From: a virus
Reading direction: 5' to 3' (one strand)
Length of the DNA stretch: 64,000 bases
Virus record (IMG/VR): IMGVR_UViG_3300005805_000049
Coordinates: 1 to 64,000 of that record
The translations under genes were made by a program, and so were the position numbers. Below, one piece after another: positions 19,857 to 28,545 of the stretch (positions are counted from its first letter, which is position 1; every line of letters starts with the position of its first letter). The notes under the pieces were generated by a model, which worked only from the letters and a program-made list of their open reading frames with translations, was not told the DNA's origin and did not search any database.

Positions 19857-21230
19857 ATGGCAACAACGTTTCAGTTAAAACGCTCATCTGTAGCGGGTAA
19901 GGTTCCTAATACATCAACATTGAGTATTGGTGAACTTGGATTAAATCTAACAGATCAAATTCTGTATTCGTCTAATGGTACTGGTGTTTTTGAAATCGGT
20001 GCCAATGTAACCAATCAGACAATCAAGACTTCTTTGTTGGTTGGAAATTCTTCTGTTAATACTACAGTAAATTCAACCTCTGTTTCTATTGGTGCTAATA
20101 ATTTAATTGTTGGAACTTCTTTGTATGCCGTTTCAAACGGTAATGTTGGTATTGGTACATCTTCACCAACAAATCGATTGCAAGTCACTGGAATTATAAA
20201 AGCAACTTCTCAGTTATATGTAGGAAGTACCAGTGACGATTTATATTCTGGAGGAATTATAAACCTTAGTAATTCTACTAGGTCAATAGGAATTAATGTT
20301 GATCCTACCAATTCAGGCACGAACTCCATACTTAATTTCAGCATTGACGGGTCCGAGCTTATGAGACTTACGTCAACTGGGAGATTGGGAATTGGTACAA
20401 CTTCTCCTGGATTTAGATTACATGTTGGAGAAAGTTCAGGCATTGCAATTTATGGCTCCTCATCAACAAACCATGGTGTATATGGTATTTCAAACTCTGC
20501 TATTGGAGTATTTGGCCAATCGTCTTCTTCTCAAGGTGTATATGGCTCGTCGTCAACGGGAACAGGTATATATGGGCTGTCTACCTCCAATTATGGTGCT
20601 TATAGTCAAAGTACAAATAATTACGGAATATATGGTAGAACTCTAAACAGTGGTTTTGGTGGTATCATTGGATACAATCACGATGCAAGCAAATATGCGA
20701 TTCTCGGCTTCTCAACGAATTATGCTGTATATGGTGCTGGAGATGCATATTTTTCTGGAGCACTTTCCAAAGGTTCTGGCTCGTTCAACATCCCTCATCC
20801 TCTACCTGAACTTTCAGAAACACACAGACTGGTACATTCGTTCGTTGAAGCACCAACGGCAGATAACATCTATAGAGGAAGATTGCAACTTGCAAATGGT
20901 CAAGCAACCATCAATATAGATACTCATGTTGGAATTACAGAGGGAACTTTCTCTGCCCTCAATGGCAACATTCAAGTATTCCTGCAAAATGAATCTGGTT
21001 GGGATTTTGTTCGAGGATCAGTGACCGACAACATTCTGACAATAATTTCACAGAACCAATCCTCAACAGATACTATTTCTTGGATGGTTATTGGTGAACG
21101 TCAAGACCAACACATGCTCGATACTCAATGGACAGATGAATTTGGAAGACCAATTCTTGAACCATTAAAAGAACCAGAACCAGATGTAGCATTACCACCA
21201 GAACCAGAGGTTCCCAATGAAAACGGCTAA
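19857..21230 (+). CDS. Tail fibre protein with probable C-terminal chaperone-like domain
   Basis: FQLKRSSVAGKVP...GELGLN anchor, GNVGIGTSSP fibre motifs, G(V/I)YG beta-helix repeats, C-term F.I.HP....H.L.HSFVE.P...YRG. Confidence 0.75.
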   Translation: MATTFQLKRSSVAGKVPNTSTLSIGELGLNLTDQILYSSNGTGVFEIGANVTNQTIKTSLLVGNSSVNTTVNSTSVSIGANNLIVGTSLYAVSNGNVGIGTSSPTNRLQVTGIIKATSQLYVGSTSDDLYSGGIINLSNSTRSIGINVDPTNSGTNSILNFSIDGSELMRLTSTGRLGIGTTSPGFRLHVGESSGIAIYGSSSTNHGVYGISNSAIGVFGQSSSSQGVYGSSSTGTGIYGLSTSNYGAYSQSTNNYGIYGRTLNSGFGGIIGYNHDASKYAILGFSTNYAVYGAGDAYFSGALSKGSGSFNIPHPLPELSETHRLVHSFVEAPTADNIYRGRLQLANGQATINIDTHVGITEGTFSALNGNIQVFLQNESGWDFVRGSVTDNILTIISQNQSSTDTISWMVIGERQDQHMLDTQWTDEFGRPILEPLKEPEPDVALPPEPEVPNENG

Positions 21231-21381
21231 ATATATAGATGAAGCACAAACCAAAATTGCTTTGACATATAACGGAAGGACTATTGAAGTTCCCGTTAAC
21301 CCTCACAATGCGGTATATAAAAAAATACTTGCAGATGGAATAGTAATTGAACCATATCAAATGGAGATTAATAATGGATAA
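21217..21381 (+). CDS. Small fibre-associated protein (54 aa, not in ORF track)
   Basis: MKTAKYIDEAQTKIALTYNGRTIEVPVNPHNAVYKKILADGIVIEPY...; overlaps both neighbours. Confidence 0.55.
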   Translation: MKTAKYIDEAQTKIALTYNGRTIEVPVNPHNAVYKKILADGIVIEPYQMEINNG

Positions 21382-21529
21382 ACTACAACTCAATCTATCA
21401 ATTGAACAAGTGAATGCAATTCTTTTTGCTCTTGGACGTATGCCATATGAAAATGTATTTCAGTTAATCGAAGAAGTGAAAAGACAAGCAAACGAACAAT
21501 TACCACAACCACCAGAACAAGATAAATAA
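21374..21529 (+). CDS. Small hypothetical protein
   Basis: MDKLQLNLSIEQVNAILFALGRMPYENV..LI; GGAG RBS; type often seen next to fibre genes. Confidence 0.6.
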   Translation: MDKLQLNLSIEQVNAILFALGRMPYENVFQLIEEVKRQANEQLPQPPEQDK

Positions 21530-21567
21530 CAAAAATAGAAACACATTTCAGGGGAGAATGAACCGAA

Positions 21568-22806
21568 ATGGCCTCAGAAGATTTCGTTGTTCGTAATGGC
21601 CTAGTTGTTGCAAATTCAACAACAACTCATGTAACAGCAAATGCAGTTGGTGTAACAGCAAACTCGTTTTCCGGCAATGCTGTTAATTTAACCACATTAA
21701 ATGCCACTGAACTAACTACTGGTACTGTTCCTTCTGCAAGGCTATCAGGTGCATATAACATCACTTCAAATAATGCCACCTACTTAAATGGGCAATTGGC
21801 TTCGTACTATTTAAGTGCTTCAAACTTAAACGCTGGCACATTACCTTCAGCAAGATTGTCTGGATCGTATACAATTGTTGCATCAAATTCCACCCTGGCA
21901 ACTAAAGCATCAACTGTTGCTTCGGGAGGCGGTGATGGCGCTGCAATAACATTTACTTCTACAACGAACGCAGGAACTCCAACATACGTTTGGGGAGGAA
22001 CGACTACATCAACTGGAGCGCTATATCAGCCAGCAAACTTCTCCGTTAACTATGCGACGTCAGCAGGATCAGCGTCTACTGCAACCTCTGCTTCTTCTGC
22101 TACATTAGCAACAAAAGCTTCCACAGTTTCACAAGGTGGGGGAACTGGTGCTGCAATGACTTTCAACTGGGTTGGTCAAACTGGTCAGCCTTCTTGGTTG
22201 TGGGGTGGAAATGATGGTGTTAATCATTATGTATGGAATCCTGCAAACTTCTCCGTTAATTATGCTACATCAGCTGGTAGTGCTACTAGCGCAACTTCTG
22301 CATCTTCTGCTACATTAGCGACAAAAGCCTCTACTTTATCGCAAGGTGGGGGAAATGGCACTGCAATGACCTTCAATTATGCTGGCCAATCAGGTCAGCC
22401 AACTTATTTGTGGGGAACTAATAATGGTTCTAATATGTATGTCTGGGTTCCTAGCAATTTTAATGTTAATTCAGCTCAATATGCCGTAACTGCTAGTAGT
22501 GCTTCAAACGCGGATACTGTAGATGGATATCATGCAGCTTCTTTTGCTCTAGCATCTCATACCCACGCTGCATCGGCCATAACTTCTGGAACAATTGCAA
22601 CTGCTAGGCTTGGGACCGGGACAGCAAGTTCTGATACCTTTTTATCAGGCGATCAGACTTACAAAGTAGCTGTCAAATCAGCTACTGCAATAAGAACTTC
22701 TGGAGATGGTACTGGAGGGATACAAAGTATAAATCCTACAGTATTAGCAAATGGACAATTGGTAATATATTATACAACAGGTACAACAGGGACAGCTGCT
22801 CCATAA
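21568..22806 (+). CDS. Tail fibre protein with internal tandem repeats
   Basis: N-term F.V.NGL anchor; GT(V/L)PSARLSG repeats; preceded by GATAAATA (21521-21528). Confidence 0.7.
   Translation: MASEDFVVRNGLVVANSTTTHVTANAVGVTANSFSGNAVNLTTLNATELTTGTVPSARLSGAYNITSNNATYLNGQLASYYLSASNLNAGTLPSARLSGSYTIVASNSTLATKASTVASGGGDGAAITFTSTTNAGTPTYVWGGTTTSTGALYQPANFSVNYATSAGSASTATSASSATLATKASTVSQGGGTGAAMTFNWVGQTGQPSWLWGGNDGVNHYVWNPANFSVNYATSAGSATSATSASSATLATKASTLSQGGGNGTAMTFNYAGQSGQPTYLWGTNNGSNMYVWVPSNFNVNSAQYAVTASSASNADTVDGYHAASFALASHTHAASAITSGTIATARLGTGTASSDTFLSGDQTYKVAVKSATAIRTSGDGTGGIQSINPTVLANGQLVIYYTTGTTGTAAP
21892..22480 (+). repeat. About three ~70-aa (210-nt) tandem repeats in the fibre gene
   Basis: TLATKAST..GGG.G.A.TF...WG...P.NF.VN recurs three times; gcaaacttctccgttaa at 22033 and 22243. 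Confidence 0.8.
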
Positions 22807-23192
22807 TGAATTCAAAATCTCTTCTTTTAACAAAAACAAACAGATTGTGGAGACCAGCAATGGCCTGGCTTTACTTCACAATCTGTTTGTTCGATTTCAT
22901 CATCGGTCCAGTGTTTTGGTCCATTATTCAACAGGACGCTAAAACAATCGCGCAATGGGTACCTCTAACTACTAGAGGCGGAGGACTGTTTCATATGGCA
23001 ATGATGGCTATTATTGGTATTACTGCTTGGGGAAGAACGCAAGAAAAGATAAACATGAATCCGTTCGGCATGGAAATGCAACGAGACACGTTTAACATTT
23101 CTCCGTTGGAACAGCCAGCAGAAGTTCATAAAAAACAACAATTTGGGGATGAACCTCCTCCAATAATAAAAAGAAGGCAGAATAAACAATGA
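22806..23192 (+). CDS. Holin-like membrane protein
   Basis: WRPAMAWLY...FDF TM segment, second TM ending WGRTQEK. Confidence 0.55.
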   Translation: MNSKSLLLTKTNRLWRPAMAWLYFTICLFDFIIGPVFWSIIQQDAKTIAQWVPLTTRGGGLFHMAMMAIIGITAWGRTQEKINMNPFGMEMQRDTFNISPLEQPAEVHKKQQFGDEPPPIIKRRQNKQ

Positions 23193-23677
23193 TAACGATC
23201 ATTTCATCGATAGTAGGACTTTTGAGTGGCGCATTGCCATATCTAGTGAAAATATTAGAGAGAAGAATCGATTACAAATATGAAATTGAACTTACAAAGA
23301 TCAAAGTTGAAGCGGCAACTCGTGGGATTGAGTTGGCTGTTATTGCTGAAAGTATTAAAGCCGATGTCGAGGAGGGAAAATCTGTTAGACAGCATGATTC
23401 TACTCTTAATTATAATGGCTTCTTGGAAACATTACGAGCTTCTATTCGTCCACTTCTAACATACTTCTTCTTCTTTCTTTTCTGCGTGGTTAAGCTAATT
23501 GCTGTAACGCTGATGTTTAAAGAAGGGTATAATGGAATTGAAGTGCTGAAAGCTGTATGGGACGAACCTACTACTACAATCTTCGCAGCCATAATCTCGT
23601 TCTGGTTCGGGAATAGAGCAATGATTAAGTTTAATGATTACTACAAAACCGCAAATTCAATTCAAGTACGAAAATAA
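23189..23677 (+). CDS. Holin-like membrane protein (3 TM type)
   Basis: N-term hydrophobic helix, RASIRP.LTY TM, C-term IISFWFGNR. Confidence 0.6.
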   Translation: MITIISSIVGLLSGALPYLVKILERRIDYKYEIELTKIKVEAATRGIELAVIAESIKADVEEGKSVRQHDSTLNYNGFLETLRASIRPLLTYFFFFLFCVVKLIAVTLMFKEGYNGIEVLKAVWDEPTTTIFAAIISFWFGNRAMIKFNDYYKTANSIQVRK

Positions 23678-23689
23678 TAGGAGACTAAA

Positions 23690-23815
23690 ATGCTAACTCT
23701 GTTAGTAGGAATGGCAATTGGCCTGGTAATTGGTTGGAATTTACTTCCCCAACCAGTTTGGGTCAAAGCAAAGTATGACAAACTGGTCGATTGGGTCAAA
23801 CAAACAACTGGCTGA
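23690..23815 (+). CDS. 41-aa membrane peptide (not in ORF track)
   Basis: AGGAG RBS; MLTLLVGMAIGLVIGWNLLPQPVWVK... Confidence 0.6.
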   Translation: MLTLLVGMAIGLVIGWNLLPQPVWVKAKYDKLVDWVKQTTG

Positions 23816-23839
23816 TCAGTTTGACAAACACAAAAAAGT

Positions 23840-23869
23840 AAACTGGGGAGAAATTTTCCCCAGTTTTTT
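23840..23869 (+). terminator. Rho-independent terminator
   Basis: AAACTGGGGA-loop-TCCCCAGTTT followed by T-tract. Confidence 0.85.
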
Positions 23870-23873
23870 ATTA

Positions 23874-23881
23874 TATAAATA
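23874..23881 (+). promoter_or_regulatory. T4-type late promoter TATAAATA
   Basis: Exact consensus, intergenic, upstream of gp13. Confidence 0.85.
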
Positions 23882-23911
23882 GTAGTAAAACGTTATTCAA
23901 AAGGTTAACAA

Positions 23912-24652
23912 ATGGCTATTTCAACAACTCGTCAACAATTTAAAGATAGATGTTTAAGGAGGCTTGGTGCTCCGGTAATTGAAATAAATGTCACTGAAGA
24001 GCAAGTTGACGATTGTGTTGACGATGCTATTAGTTATTGGAATGATTACCACTTTGATGGTACGGAAAAACAGTATTATAAACATCAAGTAACTTCAGAC
24101 GATAAAACCAATCGCTATATCACACTTCCCGATAATATTATTGGCGCTGTTAACATTTTTCCAATCTCAAGTTCGTTTGGAGCTGGCGATTTGTTCAATA
24201 TTCGTTACCAAATTGCTTTAAATGACCTTTATACTTTAACCTCAGTCTCGCTTGTTCCGTACTATATGGCATTTCAACACATCAGATTAATCGAAGAGAT
24301 TCTTGTTGGACAGCAACCAATTCGATACAATCGTCACAGAAATATCATTCACATTGATGCAGATTGGGATAGAATTAATGTTGGAGAGTATGTTGTAATC
24401 GAAGCTTATCAAGTAATTGATCCAGACACTTATACAGACGTTTGGAAGGACCGTTGGTTACTTCAATATTGCACTGCTTTAATTAAACGTCAATGGGGCA
24501 ATAATATGAGAAAGTATACTGGAATGATGTTGCCCGGTGGTATTCAATTCAACGGTCAGCAATATTACGATGAAGCGGTTGAAGAGATTAGAATGCTCGA
24601 GCAAGAAATGATTACCAATTACTCAATCCCAGTTTCAGATTTCGTAGGATAA
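23912..24652 (+). CDS. gp13: Neck protein gp13
   Basis: CLRRLGAPVIEINV..EQVDD, YHFDG, ALIKRQWG.N..KY....LPGG. Confidence 0.95.
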   Translation: MAISTTRQQFKDRCLRRLGAPVIEINVTEEQVDDCVDDAISYWNDYHFDGTEKQYYKHQVTSDDKTNRYITLPDNIIGAVNIFPISSSFGAGDLFNIRYQIALNDLYTLTSVSLVPYYMAFQHIRLIEEILVGQQPIRYNRHRNIIHIDADWDRINVGEYVVIEAYQVIDPDTYTDVWKDRWLLQYCTALIKRQWGNNMRKYTGMMLPGGIQFNGQQYYDEAVEEIRMLEQEMITNYSIPVSDFVG

Positions 24653-24658
24653 ACAATT

Positions 24659-25039
24659 ATGACAACGTTGCTTCAATACATTCAAGAAAGATGTTGGAAA
24701 GGTTATAAACCTGTAAAAGGAAAAAAACCATACTCAAAAGGCTCTTGTGAACCAATCGATGAGGCAAAAATCGATAAAGACAAGATGAAATGCAATACTC
24801 CAAGAGCTCAATCACATGGGTCTGGTGAGACTGGAAAGTCTCATGTCGTTAAGGCTTGCTCTGGCGGTAAAGAGAAGATTATTCGGTTTGGGCAAAAAGG
24901 CGTAAAAGGTTCTCCAAAGAAAAAAGGAGAGTCTGAAGCATATGCCAATAGAAGAAAAAGATTTAAATCCAGACATGCCAAAAACATCAAAAAAGGCAAG
25001 ATGTCTGCAGCTTATTGGTCGAATCGCGTCAAATGGTAA
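24659..25039 (+). CDS. Basic hypothetical protein with capsid-targeting-like leader
   Basis: MTTLLQYIQE leader, CWKGY motif, RFGQ.G...RRKRFKSRH...SAAYWS. Confidence 0.7.
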   Translation: MTTLLQYIQERCWKGYKPVKGKKPYSKGSCEPIDEAKIDKDKMKCNTPRAQSHGSGETGKSHVVKACSGGKEKIIRFGQKGVKGSPKKKGESEAYANRRKRFKSRHAKNIKKGKMSAAYWSNRVKW

Positions 25040-25779
25040 CAAGTTCCTTTTTCAATAATTTTAATAACTCTATGGAATCGGAACTGTTAGACAGTCTGAT
25101 CGTTGAGTCTATTAAAATTTATGGCCAAGACATGTACTATATCATTCGTTCGGACGATACGTACGATGGGTTATATGGTGAAGATGACACGTCAGTTTAT
25201 AGCAATGCCTTGCTAGTTGAAATGTATATCAAATCGGTTGAAGGATTTGGCGGTCAAGGATCGTTCATGACAAAGTTTGGTCTTGAAATTAGAGACCAAG
25301 TGACTTTTTCAATTGCTAAACGTACATTTGAAAATGAAATAACAAACACATTTGCTCATTTGGTTAGACCAAGAGAAGGCGATTTGATTTATTTTCCATT
25401 GAACAATAAGTGCTTTGAAATTAAGTATGTAGACAAGTTTCAGATGTTTTATCCATTAGGATCGTTGCATTTATACGACATTCAGTGTGAACTGTTCGAG
25501 TACTCTAATGAAGTATTCAATACTGGAATAGACGTGATAGACAAATTGCAGCTAAACCATTCTTTCAATTCATTTGATTTTGCCATTGAAACTGAAGACG
25601 GATATCCATTGAAAGCTGAAAATGGAGTTGTAATAACGACTAACCAATATGAAGACGTGTTTGAACAATTTGATCCATTAGCAGACAATGTTCGGATTGA
25701 GCAAGAATCTGGTAGAGAAACTGCCGACTCATTATTGGCGTGGGATGAATCCAATCCATTTGCTGAAGGGAAGTATTAA
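25033..25779 (+). CDS. gp14: Neck protein gp14
   Basis: ESIKIYG.D.YY, GF.GQG.F..KFGLEIRD, RPREGDLIYFP, CELFEYS.E. Confidence 0.92.
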   Translation: MVTSSFFNNFNNSMESELLDSLIVESIKIYGQDMYYIIRSDDTYDGLYGEDDTSVYSNALLVEMYIKSVEGFGGQGSFMTKFGLEIRDQVTFSIAKRTFENEITNTFAHLVRPREGDLIYFPLNNKCFEIKYVDKFQMFYPLGSLHLYDIQCELFEYSNEVFNTGIDVIDKLQLNHSFNSFDFAIETEDGYPLKAENGVVITTNQYEDVFEQFDPLADNVRIEQESGRETADSLLAWDESNPFAEGKY

Positions 25780-26603
25780 TGTTTGGACATCCACCATTTT
25801 ATTTTGGAACAGTCAGAAAACTTGTAGTATATTTTGGTACTATATTTAATGATATCAACATTACTAGAACGGATAGTTCTGGCGATGTTACTCACTTGAT
25901 GCGAGTACCATTACAGTATGGACCTAAAGACAAAGAACTAGCAAGAATCAAAGCAGATCCTGAAATCCAAAGAGATACTGCAATTACACTACCTCGAATG
26001 TCGTTTCAAATGAATTCAATGGTATATGATGGAGCGAGAAAACTAAACACGCTTGGTAGAATTGTCAGAAAAGATAATGATAACGTCAACAAGTTTCGCC
26101 GGATGTATAATCCAGTTCCATACAACTTCAATTTCACTTTAAGTGTGTATGCAAAGAATGTTGAAGATGGAACGAAGATCGTTGAGCAAATCATTCCATT
26201 CTTTACGCCAGAATTCACGTCGACTGTTAATCTGATTCCAGAGATGGATATAGCAATTGACATTCCAATTGTGTTGAATTCGATACAGATGGAAGATTCT
26301 TATGAAGGATCATTTGAAGAACGTCGAATGGTTATTTGGACTTTAGATTTCGTTGTTAAAGGAATGTTATTTGCTCCAATCGTTTCTAAGCCAATTATCA
26401 AGTTTTCCAACACAGACTTTTATGTTGGTAATACAGCAACGACTAATACACAAGTTGCCGCTATACAAGTAAAGCCCGGTTTAGATAGTAATGGAAATCC
26501 AACAACCAATAATAGCATAACAGTTGCTGCTAACACAATCGATGTTGACGATAACTGGGGCTACATAGTTCTAAATAGCGGGATATACTTCTCGAATACT
26601 TAA
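25779..26603 (+). CDS. gp15: Tail sheath stabiliser/terminator gp15
   Basis: FGTIFNDI, VPLQYGPK.K, LPRMSF, PVPYN, QIIPFFTP. Confidence 0.93.
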   Translation: MFGHPPFYFGTVRKLVVYFGTIFNDINITRTDSSGDVTHLMRVPLQYGPKDKELARIKADPEIQRDTAITLPRMSFQMNSMVYDGARKLNTLGRIVRKDNDNVNKFRRMYNPVPYNFNFTLSVYAKNVEDGTKIVEQIIPFFTPEFTSTVNLIPEMDIAIDIPIVLNSIQMEDSYEGSFEERRMVIWTLDFVVKGMLFAPIVSKPIIKFSNTDFYVGNTATTNTQVAAIQVKPGLDSNGNPTTNNSITVAANTIDVDDNWGYIVLNSGIYFSNT

Positions 26604-26613
26604 GAGGAAACGA

Positions 26614-27222
26614 ATGAAAAGTTTTCAACAATACATAACAGAAACTTTTGCCAACAAAATTGGCACTTCGTCTAAAATGCCAGCTGACACGACAGTAGAC
26701 AACCCAGGAATCAAGAGACAGTTTCAAGGGGCAAAAAAGTATCAATCCACTTCTCGTCAGCATATAGTTTACCACGTAAAAGACAAGAACGGAAATAATC
26801 ATTATGCATGGGTGCATAGAAGAACCGGTGATATTGATGGTTATATGAAAACAAAAGAACAGGCCGGAAAATTGCCAAACGAGCGTTTTCATCACGATAT
26901 CTTAATTCAGAGCAGAGACGGAGGTCCGTCAATTGGAGCCCATATGTTCCATGATTTATGGAGCGGTAAGTTTGGTCATTATGGAATTTCCGTTCACGAT
27001 AACCAATCTCCTGGCGCAATTAGATTACATAAGAAACTGAGAAAACATTTTGGCGATAAAGTATTGTATCACACGTACAATCCAAAAACTGGAGAAGCAA
27101 AGCACTTAACACATGGGGTAGCAGCAAGTGGCGATACTCCCGACTCTTTATTTAACGCGATTCACTCTGTAAACATTGTTGCTATGATGAAACCAAAGTA
27201 TAGGCCACGGCTGTCAGGATAA
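26614..27222 (+). CDS. Putative internal head protein, possible degenerate GNAT fold
   Basis: MKSFQQYITE leader resembles the T4 IP capsid-targeting sequence. Confidence 0.55.
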   Translation: MKSFQQYITETFANKIGTSSKMPADTTVDNPGIKRQFQGAKKYQSTSRQHIVYHVKDKNGNNHYAWVHRRTGDIDGYMKTKEQAGKLPNERFHHDILIQSRDGGPSIGAHMFHDLWSGKFGHYGISVHDNQSPGAIRLHKKLRKHFGDKVLYHTYNPKTGEAKHLTHGVAASGDTPDSLFNAIHSVNIVAMMKPKYRPRLSG

Positions 27223-27227
27223 ACACA

Positions 27228-27617
27228 ATGAATGATGATAAAATAGCTCAAGCTTTAGATTTGACTCCTTTAATTCCTCAGAAGAAAGAGCTGAAAATGG
27301 TCTCTTCTGAAGACGATTATCAAATGGCAAAAGGCAATATGGAGAACGTGATTGATGTTGGAACCAATGCATTATCTGAACTAGCGTCAATGGCAAACTT
27401 ATCACAAGATCCAAGAGTATATAGAGTTCTTACAGAACTAATCTCAGCAATGACTACCGCGAATAGAGAATTGATGGAGATAAAAACTAAACAGGTTGAT
27501 GTCGAATTGAAGCAACGAAAAGACAGTAATCCTCAAACAGTTAATCAAAATTTGTTTGTCGGCTCAACTGCTGAACTAGTAAAACTTTTAGAGAAAAGCA
27601 AAAATGAAAACGCTTAA
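27228..27617 (+). CDS. gp16: Terminase small subunit gp16
   Basis: DDYQ.A..N, PRVY.V, C-term NQNLFVGSTAEL. Confidence 0.92.
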   Translation: MNDDKIAQALDLTPLIPQKKELKMVSSEDDYQMAKGNMENVIDVGTNALSELASMANLSQDPRVYRVLTELISAMTTANRELMEIKTKQVDVELKQRKDSNPQTVNQNLFVGSTAELVKLLEKSKNENA

Positions 27618-28545
27618 ACAGTACATTTTAGAAAACACATCATCTGTAGGGACAACAGTTAATGATAAGGGGCAGCATTTCTTGCACGGGGTTGCAGTTG
27701 AAGTCAAACGTGCAGAACCAAAACCAGGAATGCTATCTCGTATATTCAGTTCCCAGCCAAAACCCACTCGTTCAGATGAGATGGAAAGACGAATAAAAGT
27801 GCATGGAGAAGCAAGTGACATCCAAACACCATTCCATGACGTTGTTGGAATGAAAAGCGATCAGCACGTCAACCATGCCCGTAAAGCAGTAGAGCATTAT
27901 GGAATCAGTTCATATAGTTTAAACTCTAGTTTACACCAAGGTAAGCCTCTTTCAGCTGAAGATCAACACACTCACCAGGGACTACAAAAAGCTATTGCTT
28001 TGTCAGGGTCAACTCGCAAAGAAGGGAATGTTTTTTCTGGTCAGTCCAGATTTTTATCTTCTGCTCCAGCAGTCAAGTCAAAAACGATAACAATGCCCGC
28101 TTATACTTCCTTATCAACTGACCAATCAGTGGCTCAAAGATTTGCCAATAAATCGACAGAACGTGCAGACAGTCATAGTGCTGCAAATCCAGCTTCTGAT
28201 CCTCACTACTTGCATTTTGAAGGTCAACCTCATAAAAACGTGGCGTTACATCAACAAGACGTTCACCATTTCGTCAATGGAACGGCTTCACCAGAATTGC
28301 ACAAAAAATACGGAATCAAACCATCAGACAGAGTACAGGCACGCCCGTTCGTTAACATGATTCATGCATCGCTACCAAAAGGATCTAGAGCAGTTAATCT
28401 TAGTAGACCCGGCGAAGAAATTGCTGGGGGAGGAGAACATGAGGCTGAGTTAGTCGTTGGCCCCGGATCTAAGTTTCATCGGAAATCTATAACAATGGAT
28501 TTAGCAAAAGGAACATTAATTCACCATGGAGTGATTGAAACGTGA
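27604..28545 (+). CDS. ADP-ribosyltransferase (Alt/VIP2-like) with capsid-targeting leader
   Basis: MKTLKQYILE leader; Y...SY.LN..L helix, YTSLST (STS motif), catalytic E-x-E in HEAELVV..G. Confidence 0.65.
   Translation: MKTLKQYILENTSSVGTTVNDKGQHFLHGVAVEVKRAEPKPGMLSRIFSSQPKPTRSDEMERRIKVHGEASDIQTPFHDVVGMKSDQHVNHARKAVEHYGISSYSLNSSLHQGKPLSAEDQHTHQGLQKAIALSGSTRKEGNVFSGQSRFLSSAPAVKSKTITMPAYTSLSTDQSVAQRFANKSTERADSHSAANPASDPHYLHFEGQPHKNVALHQQDVHHFVNGTASPELHKKYGIKPSDRVQARPFVNMIHASLPKGSRAVNLSRPGEEIAGGGEHEAELVVGPGSKFHRKSITMDLAKGTLIHHGVIET

Noticed and set aside
21892-22480. Fibre repeats as a diversity-generating retroelement TR/VR pair
   Set aside because: In-frame tandem protein repeats whose differences are not adenine-specific; no reverse transcriptase in the window.
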